This document shows positions 9,598 through 19,197 of a DNA stretch of 64,000 bases, in pieces. Position numbers and translations under genes: made by a program. Source of the stretch: a virus; the IMG/VR virus record IMGVR_UViG_3300045988_176357, positions 128,053 through 192,052 of that record, one strand, 5' to 3'. The notes beneath the pieces are model-generated. The model was not told the origin of the DNA, ran no database searches, and worked only from the letters and a program-made list of their open reading frames with translations. How positions within the stretch are numbered: the stretch's first letter is position 1; each line of letters starts with the position of its first letter.

Positions 9598-10679
9598 AGT
9601 ACAAGAAAGGTGAATTCGGTTACTGGTGGACCAGGAAAAATGAGGATATTGAAGGCGGAGAGTATGAGGGCTCCATATGTTGTCCTGAAAATCTTACGTC
9701 TTTAAGAGGAGCACCACGAATAGTGACAGGTGAATTCTTTTGTCACCGTTGCCGTATCACAACACTGAGAGGAGCGCCTGAGAAAGTAGGCGGAAATTTT
9801 AGCTGTGTTGAAACGAAGCTGACAGATCTGAAAGGAGCTCCTAAAGAAGTCGGCGGTAACTTCTACTGTGACATGTGCGGGCTGATATCTCTGGAAGGAG
9901 GTCCTCGCAGGATAGGAGGAAGCTTTTACTGCGATAACAACAAGCTCACTTCGTTAGAGGGCGGTCCCACTGAGATTTTCGGTGACTACAGATGCAGCTA
10001 TAACGAGCTTAAAAATTTGTTAGGCGCACCAGAAGTTATTCCTGGCGATTTCATCTGCAGTGAAACCACTCTTAATTCACTGGAGGGCTGTCCAAAAGTA
10101 GTGAAGGGCTCATTGATCCTGGACTATAATTCGCTCATATCCTTGGAGCATTGCGCTAAAAGTGTAGGAGGGGACTTCAATGTAAACTTCAATGGGCTTA
10201 AGTCGTTGTTAGGCGGGCCCGTATCTGTAGGAGGATCCTATAAGTGCGTGAACAATGATCTGCGTACTCTTTTTGGTTGTCCGTCAGTCATAAACGGAGA
10301 CTTTGAGTGCGCAGGCAATGCACTGAATGATCTTGCCTCCTGTCCAAGTAAAGTAACAGGTAATTTTGATTGCTGTAGTAATCATCTGGTTACCTTGGAA
10401 GGAGGTCCCACAGAGGTAGGCGGCGACTATGACTGCTCCGTCAATAATCTACAGACGCTTAAAGGAGCTCCATCGTGTGCTAACGGTGATTTTGATTGCA
10501 GCTTCAATGAATTGACAAGTCTTGAAGGCTCTCCTGATGTGGTGGCTGGAGAATTCGTCTGTCATAATAACAAATTGGAGTCTTTGGTCGGAGGACCTAG
10601 CGTAGTGTCCGCTCACTATTGCTGTTCGTACAATAACTTGAAGTCCCTGAGAGGGATTGCTCATAAAATCGGTGGAGCT
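9594..10679 (+). CDS. second BspA-like LRR protein, exon 1
   Basis: Same N-terminus and repeat pattern as 5473; ORF runs into the IStron B 5' end (gct|taacaact). Confidence 0.55.
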
Positions 10680-11172
10680 TAACAACTCCCTTTAACCAGT
10701 GATGGTTATTGAACAAGAAAGTGAATTGCTAATAGATCCCAAGAGCCTCACGACGCCAATAAAATGGATCGAAAGAGAAAACAAAGAAGTGAGGATACCG
10801 CAAGGCGACAATAAGCCTAAACGGGAGTGACAACGGACGTTTAGCAGCCGAGCCATGCGTTCGACAGAACGCCAGCGCATGGAAGGTTCATCGACTAGGA
10901 CATTGTGTCCGTACCCGAGCAGCCATGTGCGTGATAACGCACGAAAGCAAGGGGAAGTACTCTTGGTTGGGAACAACCAAATGAAATAGTCAGTGCTTCA
11001 TGGAAACATGAAGAGCGGTTAGGAGTGACAACCTGAAACCTGCTACTGGGTGGCAACCGGTAGTGAACAGAACCATGGACTTCAATTGTACTTTAATTTC
11101 ATCAAGAACATTTAACGTTTTGATCTTTACAGATACGGTGTATAATACACCTAAACTGAAGGTGTAAATTTC
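10680..11172 (+). ncRNA. group-I-like ribozyme portion of IStron B
   Basis: Conserved with the other copies. Confidence 0.5.
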
Positions 11173-12288
11173 ATGATCAGAACAAACGTCATAAGATTGT
11201 ACCCGACAAGGGCACAGGAAGCGCAGCTGAATAACACAGCTGGCGCTTGTCGTTTCGCATGGAATAAAGCCCTCAGTTACTGGGATGAGCAATATGAAGC
11301 TCATCTTAAGGATAAATCCATTCCGTTACCGATTTCTTCCAAAGTAGCAAGCTGGTATAAAGACAACCGCGAAGAATGGGCGTCCGAAACATCTTCTGTC
11401 TGTCAGCGCCAGGAAATACTTCACCTTGGCAAAGCCTTCCACAGCTACTTTAGACGTCCGGACCATTTCGCACATTCGAAGTTCCACAAGAAGGGAATTA
11501 AGGACTCATTCGAGGTTCCGAATGACAAGGCGAAAATCAAAGACGGCAGACTTTCATTGCCGAAGATAGGCGAAGTCAAAATGGCTGAGCCGCTTCGCTA
11601 CCAAGGCAAGATATGCAGCTACACAGTAAAGAAGTCAGGCGGCAACTGGTATGTTCACATACCTGTGGAAACAGGTAAGGACGAGAGAGTTCGTTGCATC
11701 AATCCAGAGTCCGTCGTCGGTATCGACGTAGGACTTCTGAATCCGGCTGTAGCCAGCGACGGCACCAAGCTGGAGCTCCCAAAGGAAACCTTGGACAAGC
11801 TCGACGCCAAACTCAGGCGACAGCAAAAGGCACTCTCCCGTTCACAAAGGAACTCCAGAAACCATGCCAAGCTTCTTCTCAAGAAGCAGCGTACTCAAAA
11901 TAAGATCAACAACATCCGAAAGGATGCAGTACACAAGTTCACGACCGCCATTGCCAAGAGCCACGGCAAGGTAGTCATTGAGGATCTGGATATAAAAGAG
12001 ATGAAGGCCAAGGCCCCCGCACGTTCAGTGCGTCGCGCCTACAACAGCTCCCTCATGGGCGCCATTCGCTGGCAGCTCTCTTACAAAGTCCAGCACCTGA
12101 TCAAGGTGAATCGTTTCTTCCCGTCTTCCAAGACCTGCAGCAACTGCGGGCACATAAAGGGCGACCTCACCGTAGGTGAACGTACATATCATTGCGACCA
12201 CTGCGGAGCGGTCATCGACCGCGACCTCAACGCCGCAATCAACTTGATGAAAGCAGGGCTGGTCAAGCCCGAAGTGTCTGTGGAGTAA
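11173..12288 (+). CDS. tnpB: TnpB, intact, 371 aa
   Basis: IS605 OrfB N-terminus MIRTNVIRLYPT; C-terminal zinc finger; Shine-Dalgarno site upstream. Confidence 0.85.
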   Translation: MIRTNVIRLYPTRAQEAQLNNTAGACRFAWNKALSYWDEQYEAHLKDKSIPLPISSKVASWYKDNREEWASETSSVCQRQEILHLGKAFHSYFRRPDHFAHSKFHKKGIKDSFEVPNDKAKIKDGRLSLPKIGEVKMAEPLRYQGKICSYTVKKSGGNWYVHIPVETGKDERVRCINPESVVGIDVGLLNPAVASDGTKLELPKETLDKLDAKLRRQQKALSRSQRNSRNHAKLLLKKQRTQNKINNIRKDAVHKFTTAIAKSHGKVVIEDLDIKEMKAKAPARSVRRAYNSSLMGAIRWQLSYKVQHLIKVNRFFPSSKTCSNCGHIKGDLTVGERTYHCDHCGAVIDRDLNAAINLMKAGLVKPEVSVE

Positions 12289-12349
12289 GCTGGTACCAGC
12301 TTACGTTGAATCAGAAAGTACAGACGGACGCAATGTCCGTAAGTTCATG

Positions 12350-12590
12350 ACAGACATATATTGCGCCGATAATGAGCTGCCTGTTGCTGACAGCAAAAGA
12401 GCAAGATACGCTTTCGAAGCCAAGGATAATCTGCTGGAGGTATGTGGTGGCTTATAACAAGAACGTCGAGTATTTGTACTCCGTCGTATTTCCTTCGTTT
12501 AGTTCCAGCAAGGCGGTGCATGATGAGCTGGTGCACAGACACAGGAAAGAGACGGAAAAGGTGGGATATGTCCGAAGCAAGTTTGACTGA
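12350..12590 (+). other. 3' exon of LRR gene 2, with an apparent frame discontinuity
   Basis: Frame starting at 12350 continues the LRR pattern (IGGATDIYCADNELP) but stops at ~12457; a different frame (12372-12590) matches the LRR C-terminal domain (AVHDELVH vs AMHDGEAYAH). Confidence 0.35.
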
Positions 12591-13014
12591 GTTCACGATG
12601 TTCGGCAATGAATACGAGGCTGTCGACAGCAACATATGCGATGGCTGCGTCTTTTTCAGTAAAGAGGGGCGTAGGTGTCACAGATACGAGATTGTACGGT
12701 CAGCTTCCGTTCACGGCGATCTTTCTTGTAGCAGCGTCGAAAGGACTGACGGCAGGGATGTTATTTTCGTAAAGAAGAGCAGCAAACCCTATAAGACTGA
12801 CTGCGGTTCAGTTACCAATGGCGACCTGCTCAGGCGTATGAACAACAGGGAGCTGGCAGATGTCATAGGGTTCTTTGCCCGCTGGATGCAGAGGGCCGAC
12901 ATAGGCGAGGACAACTACAGTGAATATATGCTGCGCTGGCTGAGCTCGTTGGGAACACCTGGAGATGCTGACGCAAAATCAAGGGGTTTTTATGAGAATC
13001 AAAAAGGTAACTGA
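12442..13014 (+). CDS. hypothetical protein
   Basis: ORF only. Confidence 0.35.
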   Translation: MWWLITRTSSICTPSYFLRLVPARRCMMSWCTDTGKRRKRWDMSEASLTEFTMFGNEYEAVDSNICDGCVFFSKEGRRCHRYEIVRSASVHGDLSCSSVERTDGRDVIFVKKSSKPYKTDCGSVTNGDLLRRMNNRELADVIGFFARWMQRADIGEDNYSEYMLRWLSSLGTPGDADAKSRGFYENQKGN

Positions 13015-13300
13015 CGACTATATAGAGTTCGACACAGGTGATACGTTGCGTTCGTATCACATGCCTGCATGCTGTGAAGACAACTACGCTGCATTTAAGG
13101 AGGTCGATGATCTTGCTCTTGAGGCCGACTTCGATCAGCCTCTGATGTTTGAGGCTGTATTTGGCGGGTTTCGTTTCGGCAACGAAGGCAAGATGTTCTT
13201 TGTTCCTTGCTATTCAGAGCAGAACGGATACTACACAAACGAGGTCGATATCGAGCTCAATGGGAGTCGGGTGCTCAGCTGCGAAGGTACGCTTATCTGA
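12965..13300 (+). CDS. hypothetical protein
   Basis: ORF only. Confidence 0.3.
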   Translation: MLTQNQGVFMRIKKVTDDYIEFDTGDTLRSYHMPACCEDNYAAFKEVDDLALEADFDQPLMFEAVFGGFRFGNEGKMFFVPCYSEQNGYYTNEVDIELNGSRVLSCEGTLI

Positions 13301-13415
13301 TGTCAGATGTGAAACATGTAAAAGTAAACAAGGACAGAAAGAGGGGACTTAAGATGCCTAAGAAAGCGGCAGGCTTACATAGTCAACAATAAGGAGCACA
13401 AGAAAGGAGAACAAA

Positions 13416-13766
13416 ATGAAAATAACAGACCTCGACACAAAAAATGTACAGGTAACACGTACAGAAAAACGGTACATATTGAACGATAAGGTCTTCCAGC
13501 TTGACTGCTGCCCTGACTGGGCTCAGTATGCAGCTGTGGATGAGGATGGACATGCTTACTGGTACGAGTATAAACCGAACCAATATTCTGCCAGTTGGAG
13601 AAATACGGCACCTCGTTTAGTGTCGCACATACATACTGACACACTTTTCGATGCCACCGACTGGTGGAATAGCCTTATCAGGCGCCCACAGAAGGTACTT
13701 GAGGTTACTATGGCAGACCTGGAGAAGAAGTTTGGATGTAAAGTGAAAATTGTAAAGGATATTTGA
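13416..13766 (+). CDS. 'CPDWAQYAAVD' family small protein
   Basis: MKITDLDTKNV...CCPDWAQYAAVDEDG...EVTMADLEKKFGCKVKIVKD. Confidence 0.5.
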   Translation: MKITDLDTKNVQVTRTEKRYILNDKVFQLDCCPDWAQYAAVDEDGHAYWYEYKPNQYSASWRNTAPRLVSHIHTDTLFDATDWWNSLIRRPQKVLEVTMADLEKKFGCKVKIVKDI

Positions 13767-13767
13767 T

Positions 13768-14157
13768 ATGCTGACTGCAGATGATGTCTTGTGGCGTCTG
13801 GAACGTAACGCATATGAATGTGATGCAATCATACTGGACGGTCAGCTGGAGACTGTAAAGATCAGCTGCGAATCACGTGACTATATCTTATTAGACATCT
13901 CCATAGATGTTAAGCAGAAAACCCAGCGCCTTTTGGTTAGGCTGTATTACAGTGAATTGTTCAAGCGTAAACTCTCACAGAAAGATATCAAAGACACTGT
14001 GTCAAACCTTGTATGCAGGTTGCTTGAATATCCGAATTCATATATTACTGTAAGCAGTATAGACACTGATGGAGTGGTTATCACTGATGGTAACAACAGT
14101 AATATCTGGTTACCTTCTGGTGATTGGCAGCTGCTGCCTCCTGTGAAGGAAGCATAA
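13768..14157 (+). CDS. hypothetical protein
   Basis: ORF only. Confidence 0.4.
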   Translation: MLTADDVLWRLERNAYECDAIILDGQLETVKISCESRDYILLDISIDVKQKTQRLLVRLYYSELFKRKLSQKDIKDTVSNLVCRLLEYPNSYITVSSIDTDGVVITDGNNSNIWLPSGDWQLLPPVKEA

Positions 14158-14256
14158 GCCGTGATCTTCTTGAACGGCAACAGTAAATTAACTTACAGTG
14201 ATCTTTTCAAGCATGAATGCCTGTTGCAACTTGGACAAGATCAGAAAAATAAACTC

Positions 14257-14284
14257 TTGACAAACGTCAATTTTGTGCTATATT
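14257..14284 (+). promoter_or_regulatory. sigma70-like promoter: -35 TTGACA, 16-bp spacer, extended -10 TGcTATATT
   Basis: Seen directly; followed by Shine-Dalgarno aaaggag and an ATG at 14308. Confidence 0.5.
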
Positions 14285-14307
14285 ACCTCACATAGAAAGG
14301 AGACGAT

Positions 14308-14493
14308 ATGGAAGATACAACCTACAGCGCTACAGTCAATACACCTGTGGAAGACATCAGCGATGTCAAAACGGTCAGTGCGGATCAGTTCGACGCAGGA
14401 GCATCAGTCAGTGTTAAGGCATCTTGTGCAGGAGATATCACTGTGGATGACTTCAAGGCTACCAGAGAAACAGCAACAATTACAGTAAAGTAA
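14308..14493 (+). CDS. hypothetical small protein
   Basis: ORF with promoter and Shine-Dalgarno site. Confidence 0.4.
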   Translation: MEDTTYSATVNTPVEDISDVKTVSADQFDAGASVSVKASCAGDITVDDFKATRETATITVK

Positions 14494-14505
14494 GAAAGGA
14501 ACAGT

Positions 14506-14883
14506 ATGCAGAAGAGAGACAGTAAAGGAAGATTCATGAAAGCTGATAAGGCATATGGCAGAGGCTGCAAGCGCAATCACGACACTTGTAAGTGCAACAA
14601 GCCCGCTGACAGTGTCAAGGACGAAGGTCCGCAGCTCCCTGTCGACTGCTCAAATATGAGTGATGACGAGCTTGAACAATTCATCAAATCGCTTGTAGCA
14701 GAACTCGCCAATGCAGTCTATATCCCAGGCAAAACCATGACCATCGATGTTACCATCGAGGATAACGACGAAGCTGCTTGTACAGGTGACGATGCTGACG
14801 CAGATGACGACAAAGGTCACAGTGATAACTTCATGGATTCCTTCAGAGCCTTCTTGAAGGAGCGTGGAGTGGCACTTGATTAA
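14506..14883 (+). CDS. hypothetical acidic protein
   Basis: ORF with Shine-Dalgarno site. Confidence 0.4.
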   Translation: MQKRDSKGRFMKADKAYGRGCKRNHDTCKCNKPADSVKDEGPQLPVDCSNMSDDELEQFIKSLVAELANAVYIPGKTMTIDVTIEDNDEAACTGDDADADDDKGHSDNFMDSFRAFLKERGVALD

Positions 14884-15400
14884 GGCGGCAGCTGCCGGTT
14901 TCCTGATAAGCATTGGTTGCAAAGTGGCCGTTATGGAAGGATCGTTCTTAGGGGCGATCCTTTTTTCTTTGGCCCTGTTGTGTATCATTCACTACAAGTT
15001 GCCTTTGTTTACAGGAAAGGTCGGTTACAGGACGCCTGTGACGATACTCGTGGTCGTACTTGTGTTCAACATGATTGGCGCATTCTCCGGCAGCCTGTTG
15101 TTCGATGCCCAGCTGTCTGCTGTAAATCTGTATCAGAGATGCAACGCGCCCTGGTACAAGGTATTGTGCAACGGTATAGGTTGCGGAGTGCTCATGTTCA
15201 TCGCAGTGGATTACGGTAAGCGCAACCCGTTGATTGTTATCATGGCGATCACCACGTTTATACTGTGCGGTTTTGAGCACTGTATTGCAGACATGTCTTA
15301 CATAGCTACGAAAGTCGATACATATTGGGCATTCTTGTTGCTTGTTATTGCAGGCAACGCAATAGGCGGCAAGCTTGCGTACTATTTAACAGGAGCACAT
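14864..15400 (+). CDS. formate/nitrite transporter (FNT) family channel-like protein, short form
   Basis: LFTG, GFEHCIADM (compare FocA GFEHSIANMF) and GNAIGG motifs; the frame stays open to 15679 but the tail is low-complexity and overlaps the next gene. Confidence 0.5.
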
Positions 15401-15401
15401 A

Positions 15402-15878
15402 ATGACAGAACGAGAATTGCGGCTCCGACTGAAGCGTCTCCTGGGTACGGACAGGGGACTGCCGGTCGAGAAGCTCGCTGCAGAACTGACGACACACAAG
15501 GTGGACATTTTTCCGTACATGACATGGCTGTGGAAAACGCAGGGACAGAAGTTTCGAGTGCTGCTGACAAAGAAAGTGGCGGACTACGCAAAAGCAGCGG
15601 AAAAGGAAAAACAGAGCCTTCCGCAGCTGATCGTAAATGCTGGCACAATTTTCTTGCATCTCTCAGAAGGCTCGCTTGAATCCGACAGGACAATTGAGAT
15701 ACTAGGCGACATGTGTGAACCTTATGCACTGTACTTCTTGTTTGCAGGCGTAGGATTGCCTTGCGACAAGTACCGTGCAGCTGCCAAGGAATACGCAGCC
15801 ATGTTTCCGGATGCAGTACGTGCTCTGCCTGAACCATATAAGAAACTTGGAGAGGCACTGACACATGATACCACTTGA
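15402..15878 (+). CDS. hypothetical protein
   Basis: ORF with balanced composition. Confidence 0.45.
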   Translation: MTERELRLRLKRLLGTDRGLPVEKLAAELTTHKVDIFPYMTWLWKTQGQKFRVLLTKKVADYAKAAEKEKQSLPQLIVNAGTIFLHLSEGSLESDRTIEILGDMCEPYALYFLFAGVGLPCDKYRAAAKEYAAMFPDAVRALPEPYKKLGEALTHDTT

Positions 15879-18363
15879 CAAGCATGACTTGACTATGCTG
15901 CATGTGCTAAGTTCCGAGAAACTGATGCTGAAGTCACTGAAGGCGGCTAAGGCAGGACAGGAACTGTTCCCTCCGAGACGTGTGCCTCATCTTGATCTGT
16001 TGTGGCGGCACTTCATACGTTTCGCCATACAGTCCAAGAAAGAAGGACACTGGCTGCAGTGGGACAGACAGGCATATGTAGCCGATTGTCTTGAAGAGCT
16101 GAAGCAGCGTGACGACATCAGCGACGAATGCAAGGCGCGATTCCAGGCAATATGCGTGCAGTATATCGGCGCTGAGCCGTTGGATGCAGCGGCAGGTGAT
16201 AAGCTGCTGATGGATGCTGTAAACGAGGCAATCAGAACACAGATCAGCAGAGCTGTGTACAACTCCGAGGCCTTTGACGGTATCAGACAGCTGGTCAATA
16301 AAGGCGTCGAGCTGAAGGAATCTCTTGAGACAGCGGATGAGAAGCAGAAATTGTTTGTGAATCCGTTGCTTGACGTCGAGACTTACCTGCATGTACTGCC
16401 TAAGATGCCAACAGGTGTACGCTATTTCGACAGGGTGACTAACGGTGGTATGTCTGAAGGTGAGGTAGCGTTGATTGCTGGCTTGATGGGCGGTGGAAAG
16501 TGCCTTGGGAAAGACACACCCGTTCTCATGTACGACGGAACTGTAAAGAAAGTTCAGGATGTACGTGTAGGTGATCAGCTCATTGGTATGGACTCTACAC
16601 CAAGGACAGTATTGTCTTTAGGTAGAGGCCGTAGTGAGATGTATAAAGTCACACCAGTAAAAGGTGACTCATTTACAGTTAACAGGTATCATATTTTGAC
16701 GATGATATGCAGCGGTCCTGTGTTGTGGAAAGGAGTTAGATATAAACCAGGCGAGCTTATTGATATCTGTGTTGAAGATTTGTACGCGCAGTCCGACAGC
16801 TTTAAATCACTCCTTAAGGTGGTCAGAACAGGTGTGGACTTTAAATCCAAGTCTGCGCCTGAGTTAGACCCTTACTTTGTAGGTCTGTATTTGGGTGATG
16901 GCACAAAGGGAAAGGCACAGATCACAACTGCCGACACGGAAGTTGTTGGCTACTGTGTTAAGTATATGCAAGGTCTAGGGTTTAATTGCAACATACATAA
17001 AGATCCCAGACACAATTGCATTTATGTAAATATAAGTAAAGTCAGCAACAAAACCGAAGGGGCGTTAACTATAATCCGTAGGAATACGTTTATAGATGGT
17101 GAGAAGCGAATTCTGGATGTGTATAAGACTGGAAGCAGAGAGGTTCGCATGAAAATACTTGCGGGTCTAATTGACTCCGATGGATACACGCACCATGGTT
17201 TCCATGAGATAGTTACGAAGTATAGCAGTCTAGCAGATGATATATGTTTCGTAGCGAGATCATTAGGGTATGCAGCATATGTTAAAAAGTGTGAGAAAAC
17301 ATGCTATAATACAGGTGCTGCAGGCACGTACTATAAGGTCAGTATATCTGGAGATTTCTCAGACTTACCTGTTTTGTTACCTAGACATAAGTTGTCAAAA
17401 CGTAAGCAAGTTAAATCTGTGCTGAGGACAGGGTATACTATAACCAAATTACCCGAGGATGAGTATTATGGGTTTACCATAGATGGTGATCACAGATTTC
17501 TTCTGGGTGACTTTACAATTACACATAACACAGCAACAGCAATCCAACTTGTCGGCAGTCAGTTGCTTGTAGGCAATCCAGTAGCATGGTTCACCTTTGA
17601 GCAGCCATTCGATCAGGACCTGATGCAGCGTATGGTATCCTTCATCACAGGCTACAGCCTGGACATCATACGTGGCCGAGAGTTTAAGGATCTGCCAGAG
17701 GATATCCGAACAAAGTTCCTTGCACTCAGCAACCAGATGTCGGACAAGCTGATAGCAGCAGACTTCTCGAACAACAACATGCTTGACAAGAACGATCCTG
17801 AAGACGATGGCTCTGTGTACAGTCTGTGCAAGCGACTTGACATATGGGCGGACCAAGGTAAAGTGCCAAGTTACATCATGTTCGACTGGGTAGGCGCGGC
17901 AGTAAAGAGACTGGCTGCTGTACGCAGCATAGACATTGGGCAGATCACCAATTACATCGCGCTTGCCAATGAGATCATCGATGGTCTTGTGCAGCTTGCC
18001 AAGCAGTACCATACGCGTGTGATCTTCTTTCATCAGCTGGACCCGGCGATCAAGAAGTCGCCTCCGTCCAGAAAGCCCACAACTGTAGAGCTTCAAATGA
18101 TGAAGACCATGTCGAACTACACGCAGTATGCAATGGCAATCGGCAAGCGCGACGAAAACCAGCGCTGTTGGTTCATCTGCGACAAGTGTCGTAACAGTTA
18201 TCCATCGGAATGCGTGATCGAACTTGATGGCGCACATGCCAAGTTCAATCTGCTGGAAGGCTATGCACCGGGTCGCAATGGTCAGTTCATCAACATCAAC
18301 GAGCTGCAGGAAGAGCTCAGTGAGAACAGCGACACGGAAAACAGCTACCAGCCTATAATCTGA
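15865..18363 (+). CDS. DnaB-like replicative helicase interrupted by an intein
   Basis: P-loop GLMGGGK|C...HN|TATAIQL; downstream RecA-fold motifs. Confidence 0.75.
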   Translation: MIPLDKHDLTMLHVLSSEKLMLKSLKAAKAGQELFPPRRVPHLDLLWRHFIRFAIQSKKEGHWLQWDRQAYVADCLEELKQRDDISDECKARFQAICVQYIGAEPLDAAAGDKLLMDAVNEAIRTQISRAVYNSEAFDGIRQLVNKGVELKESLETADEKQKLFVNPLLDVETYLHVLPKMPTGVRYFDRVTNGGMSEGEVALIAGLMGGGKCLGKDTPVLMYDGTVKKVQDVRVGDQLIGMDSTPRTVLSLGRGRSEMYKVTPVKGDSFTVNRYHILTMICSGPVLWKGVRYKPGELIDICVEDLYAQSDSFKSLLKVVRTGVDFKSKSAPELDPYFVGLYLGDGTKGKAQITTADTEVVGYCVKYMQGLGFNCNIHKDPRHNCIYVNISKVSNKTEGALTIIRRNTFIDGEKRILDVYKTGSREVRMKILAGLIDSDGYTHHGFHEIVTKYSSLADDICFVARSLGYAAYVKKCEKTCYNTGAAGTYYKVSISGDFSDLPVLLPRHKLSKRKQVKSVLRTGYTITKLPEDEYYGFTIDGDHRFLLGDFTITHNTATAIQLVGSQLLVGNPVAWFTFEQPFDQDLMQRMVSFITGYSLDIIRGREFKDLPEDIRTKFLALSNQMSDKLIAADFSNNNMLDKNDPEDDGSVYSLCKRLDIWADQGKVPSYIMFDWVGAAVKRLAAVRSIDIGQITNYIALANEIIDGLVQLAKQYHTRVIFFHQLDPAIKKSPPSRKPTTVELQMMKTMSNYTQYAMAIGKRDENQRCWFICDKCRNSYPSECVIELDGAHAKFNLLEGYAPGRNGQFININELQEELSENSDTENSYQPII
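16501..17529 (+). other. intein (343 aa) with LAGLIDADG homing endonuclease domain
   Basis: Starts with Cys, block A CLGKDTPV, LAGLIDSDGY, ends FTITHN followed by Thr; inserted in the Walker A motif. Confidence 0.75.
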
Positions 18364-18364
18364 C

Positions 18365-18392
18365 TTGCATTTTGTTGAATCTGTGCTATATT
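18365..18392 (+). promoter_or_regulatory. sigma70-like promoter: -35 TTGCAT, extended -10 TGcTATATT
   Basis: Shares the tgtgctatattac box with the promoter at 14257. Confidence 0.5.
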
Positions 18393-18416
18393 ACTATCCC
18401 TAAAAAGGAGACAGAT

Positions 18417-18920
18417 ATGGACAGATTCAGCACGATATTGCAGACAGCCAAGGCAAACTACAGCACAACACATGGCGTTATTCTGAACCTGAGGAGCTCG
18501 AATAAACGCATACCGATCACGTTATGCGTATCCACAAGGCGCAACAGAAGCAAGATTGTACCTACAGACTGCATTGTCTGGAGTAAGGATCGCATACTGT
18601 ATCAGGGAACGTTGAATGGCAAGCGACTCAGGAACCTTATAGAGAAGTCTGACTTGTGCTGCATAGAGGTGACAAATGCTGTGGACATGGATTATGGTCC
18701 TGGCAAGTATATATGTCTTAATGATAAGAATACCTGTCAGTGTACATCATGTTTGTGCCACAAGCAGGAGGACATAAGCTCAGTTCAGTGTTCAGATGCT
18801 GTATCATACAGAACAAATGTACTGGATGAACTGTGGCGGCAAGGAATAAAAGAATCACGAAAAACACTAAAAGCAAAAAGAAAGGAAGCATTGCGTTATG
18901 CAACTGCTTTTTCTGGCTGA
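18417..18920 (+). CDS. hypothetical protein (Cys-rich)
   Basis: ORF with Shine-Dalgarno aaaaggag. Confidence 0.4.
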   Translation: MDRFSTILQTAKANYSTTHGVILNLRSSNKRIPITLCVSTRRNRSKIVPTDCIVWSKDRILYQGTLNGKRLRNLIEKSDLCCIEVTNAVDMDYGPGKYICLNDKNTCQCTSCLCHKQEDISSVQCSDAVSYRTNVLDELWRQGIKESRKTLKAKRKEALRYATAFSG

Positions 18921-19197
18921 TGCCGGATCAACAATACACGCCTTTAAGAGCCCTGAAGCATGCGTTAATCATGTCTTCAGGGTTTTTGCTGATGCCGGTA
19001 AAGGGCCGCATATAGAGAAACAATTGTTCAGCAACTCAGACGGACTCCACATGGTAACAGTGAAGTCGTTCGACAAGAAGAAGGTGACAGACTTCATCAA
19101 ACAGATGCACCTGCACGCCTCATTCATTGTCGTACTGAGAAACAGAGAGCTGGATACAGAGGAACGGTACACCATCCGTAAGTCGTACTTAATGTGA
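18898..19197 (+). CDS. hypothetical protein
   Basis: ORF only. Confidence 0.3.
   Translation: MQLLFLADAGSTIHAFKSPEACVNHVFRVFADAGKGPHIEKQLFSNSDGLHMVTVKSFDKKKVTDFIKQMHLHASFIVVLRNRELDTEERYTIRKSYLM

Larger units (their letters stand above)
10680..12349 (+). mobile_element. IStron copy B (intron + intact tnpB)
   Basis: Hairpin ttaacca-gtga-tggtta then the conserved core; right end ...cgtccgtaagttcatg. Confidence 0.7.

Noticed and set aside
15400-15679. 3' extension of the FNT-like ORF overlapping the gene at 15402 in another frame.
   Set aside because: The extension is Gly/Arg-rich low-complexity sequence, while the overlapping frame encodes a well-composed protein. The true FNT-like gene end is probably near 15400, or there is a frameshift.
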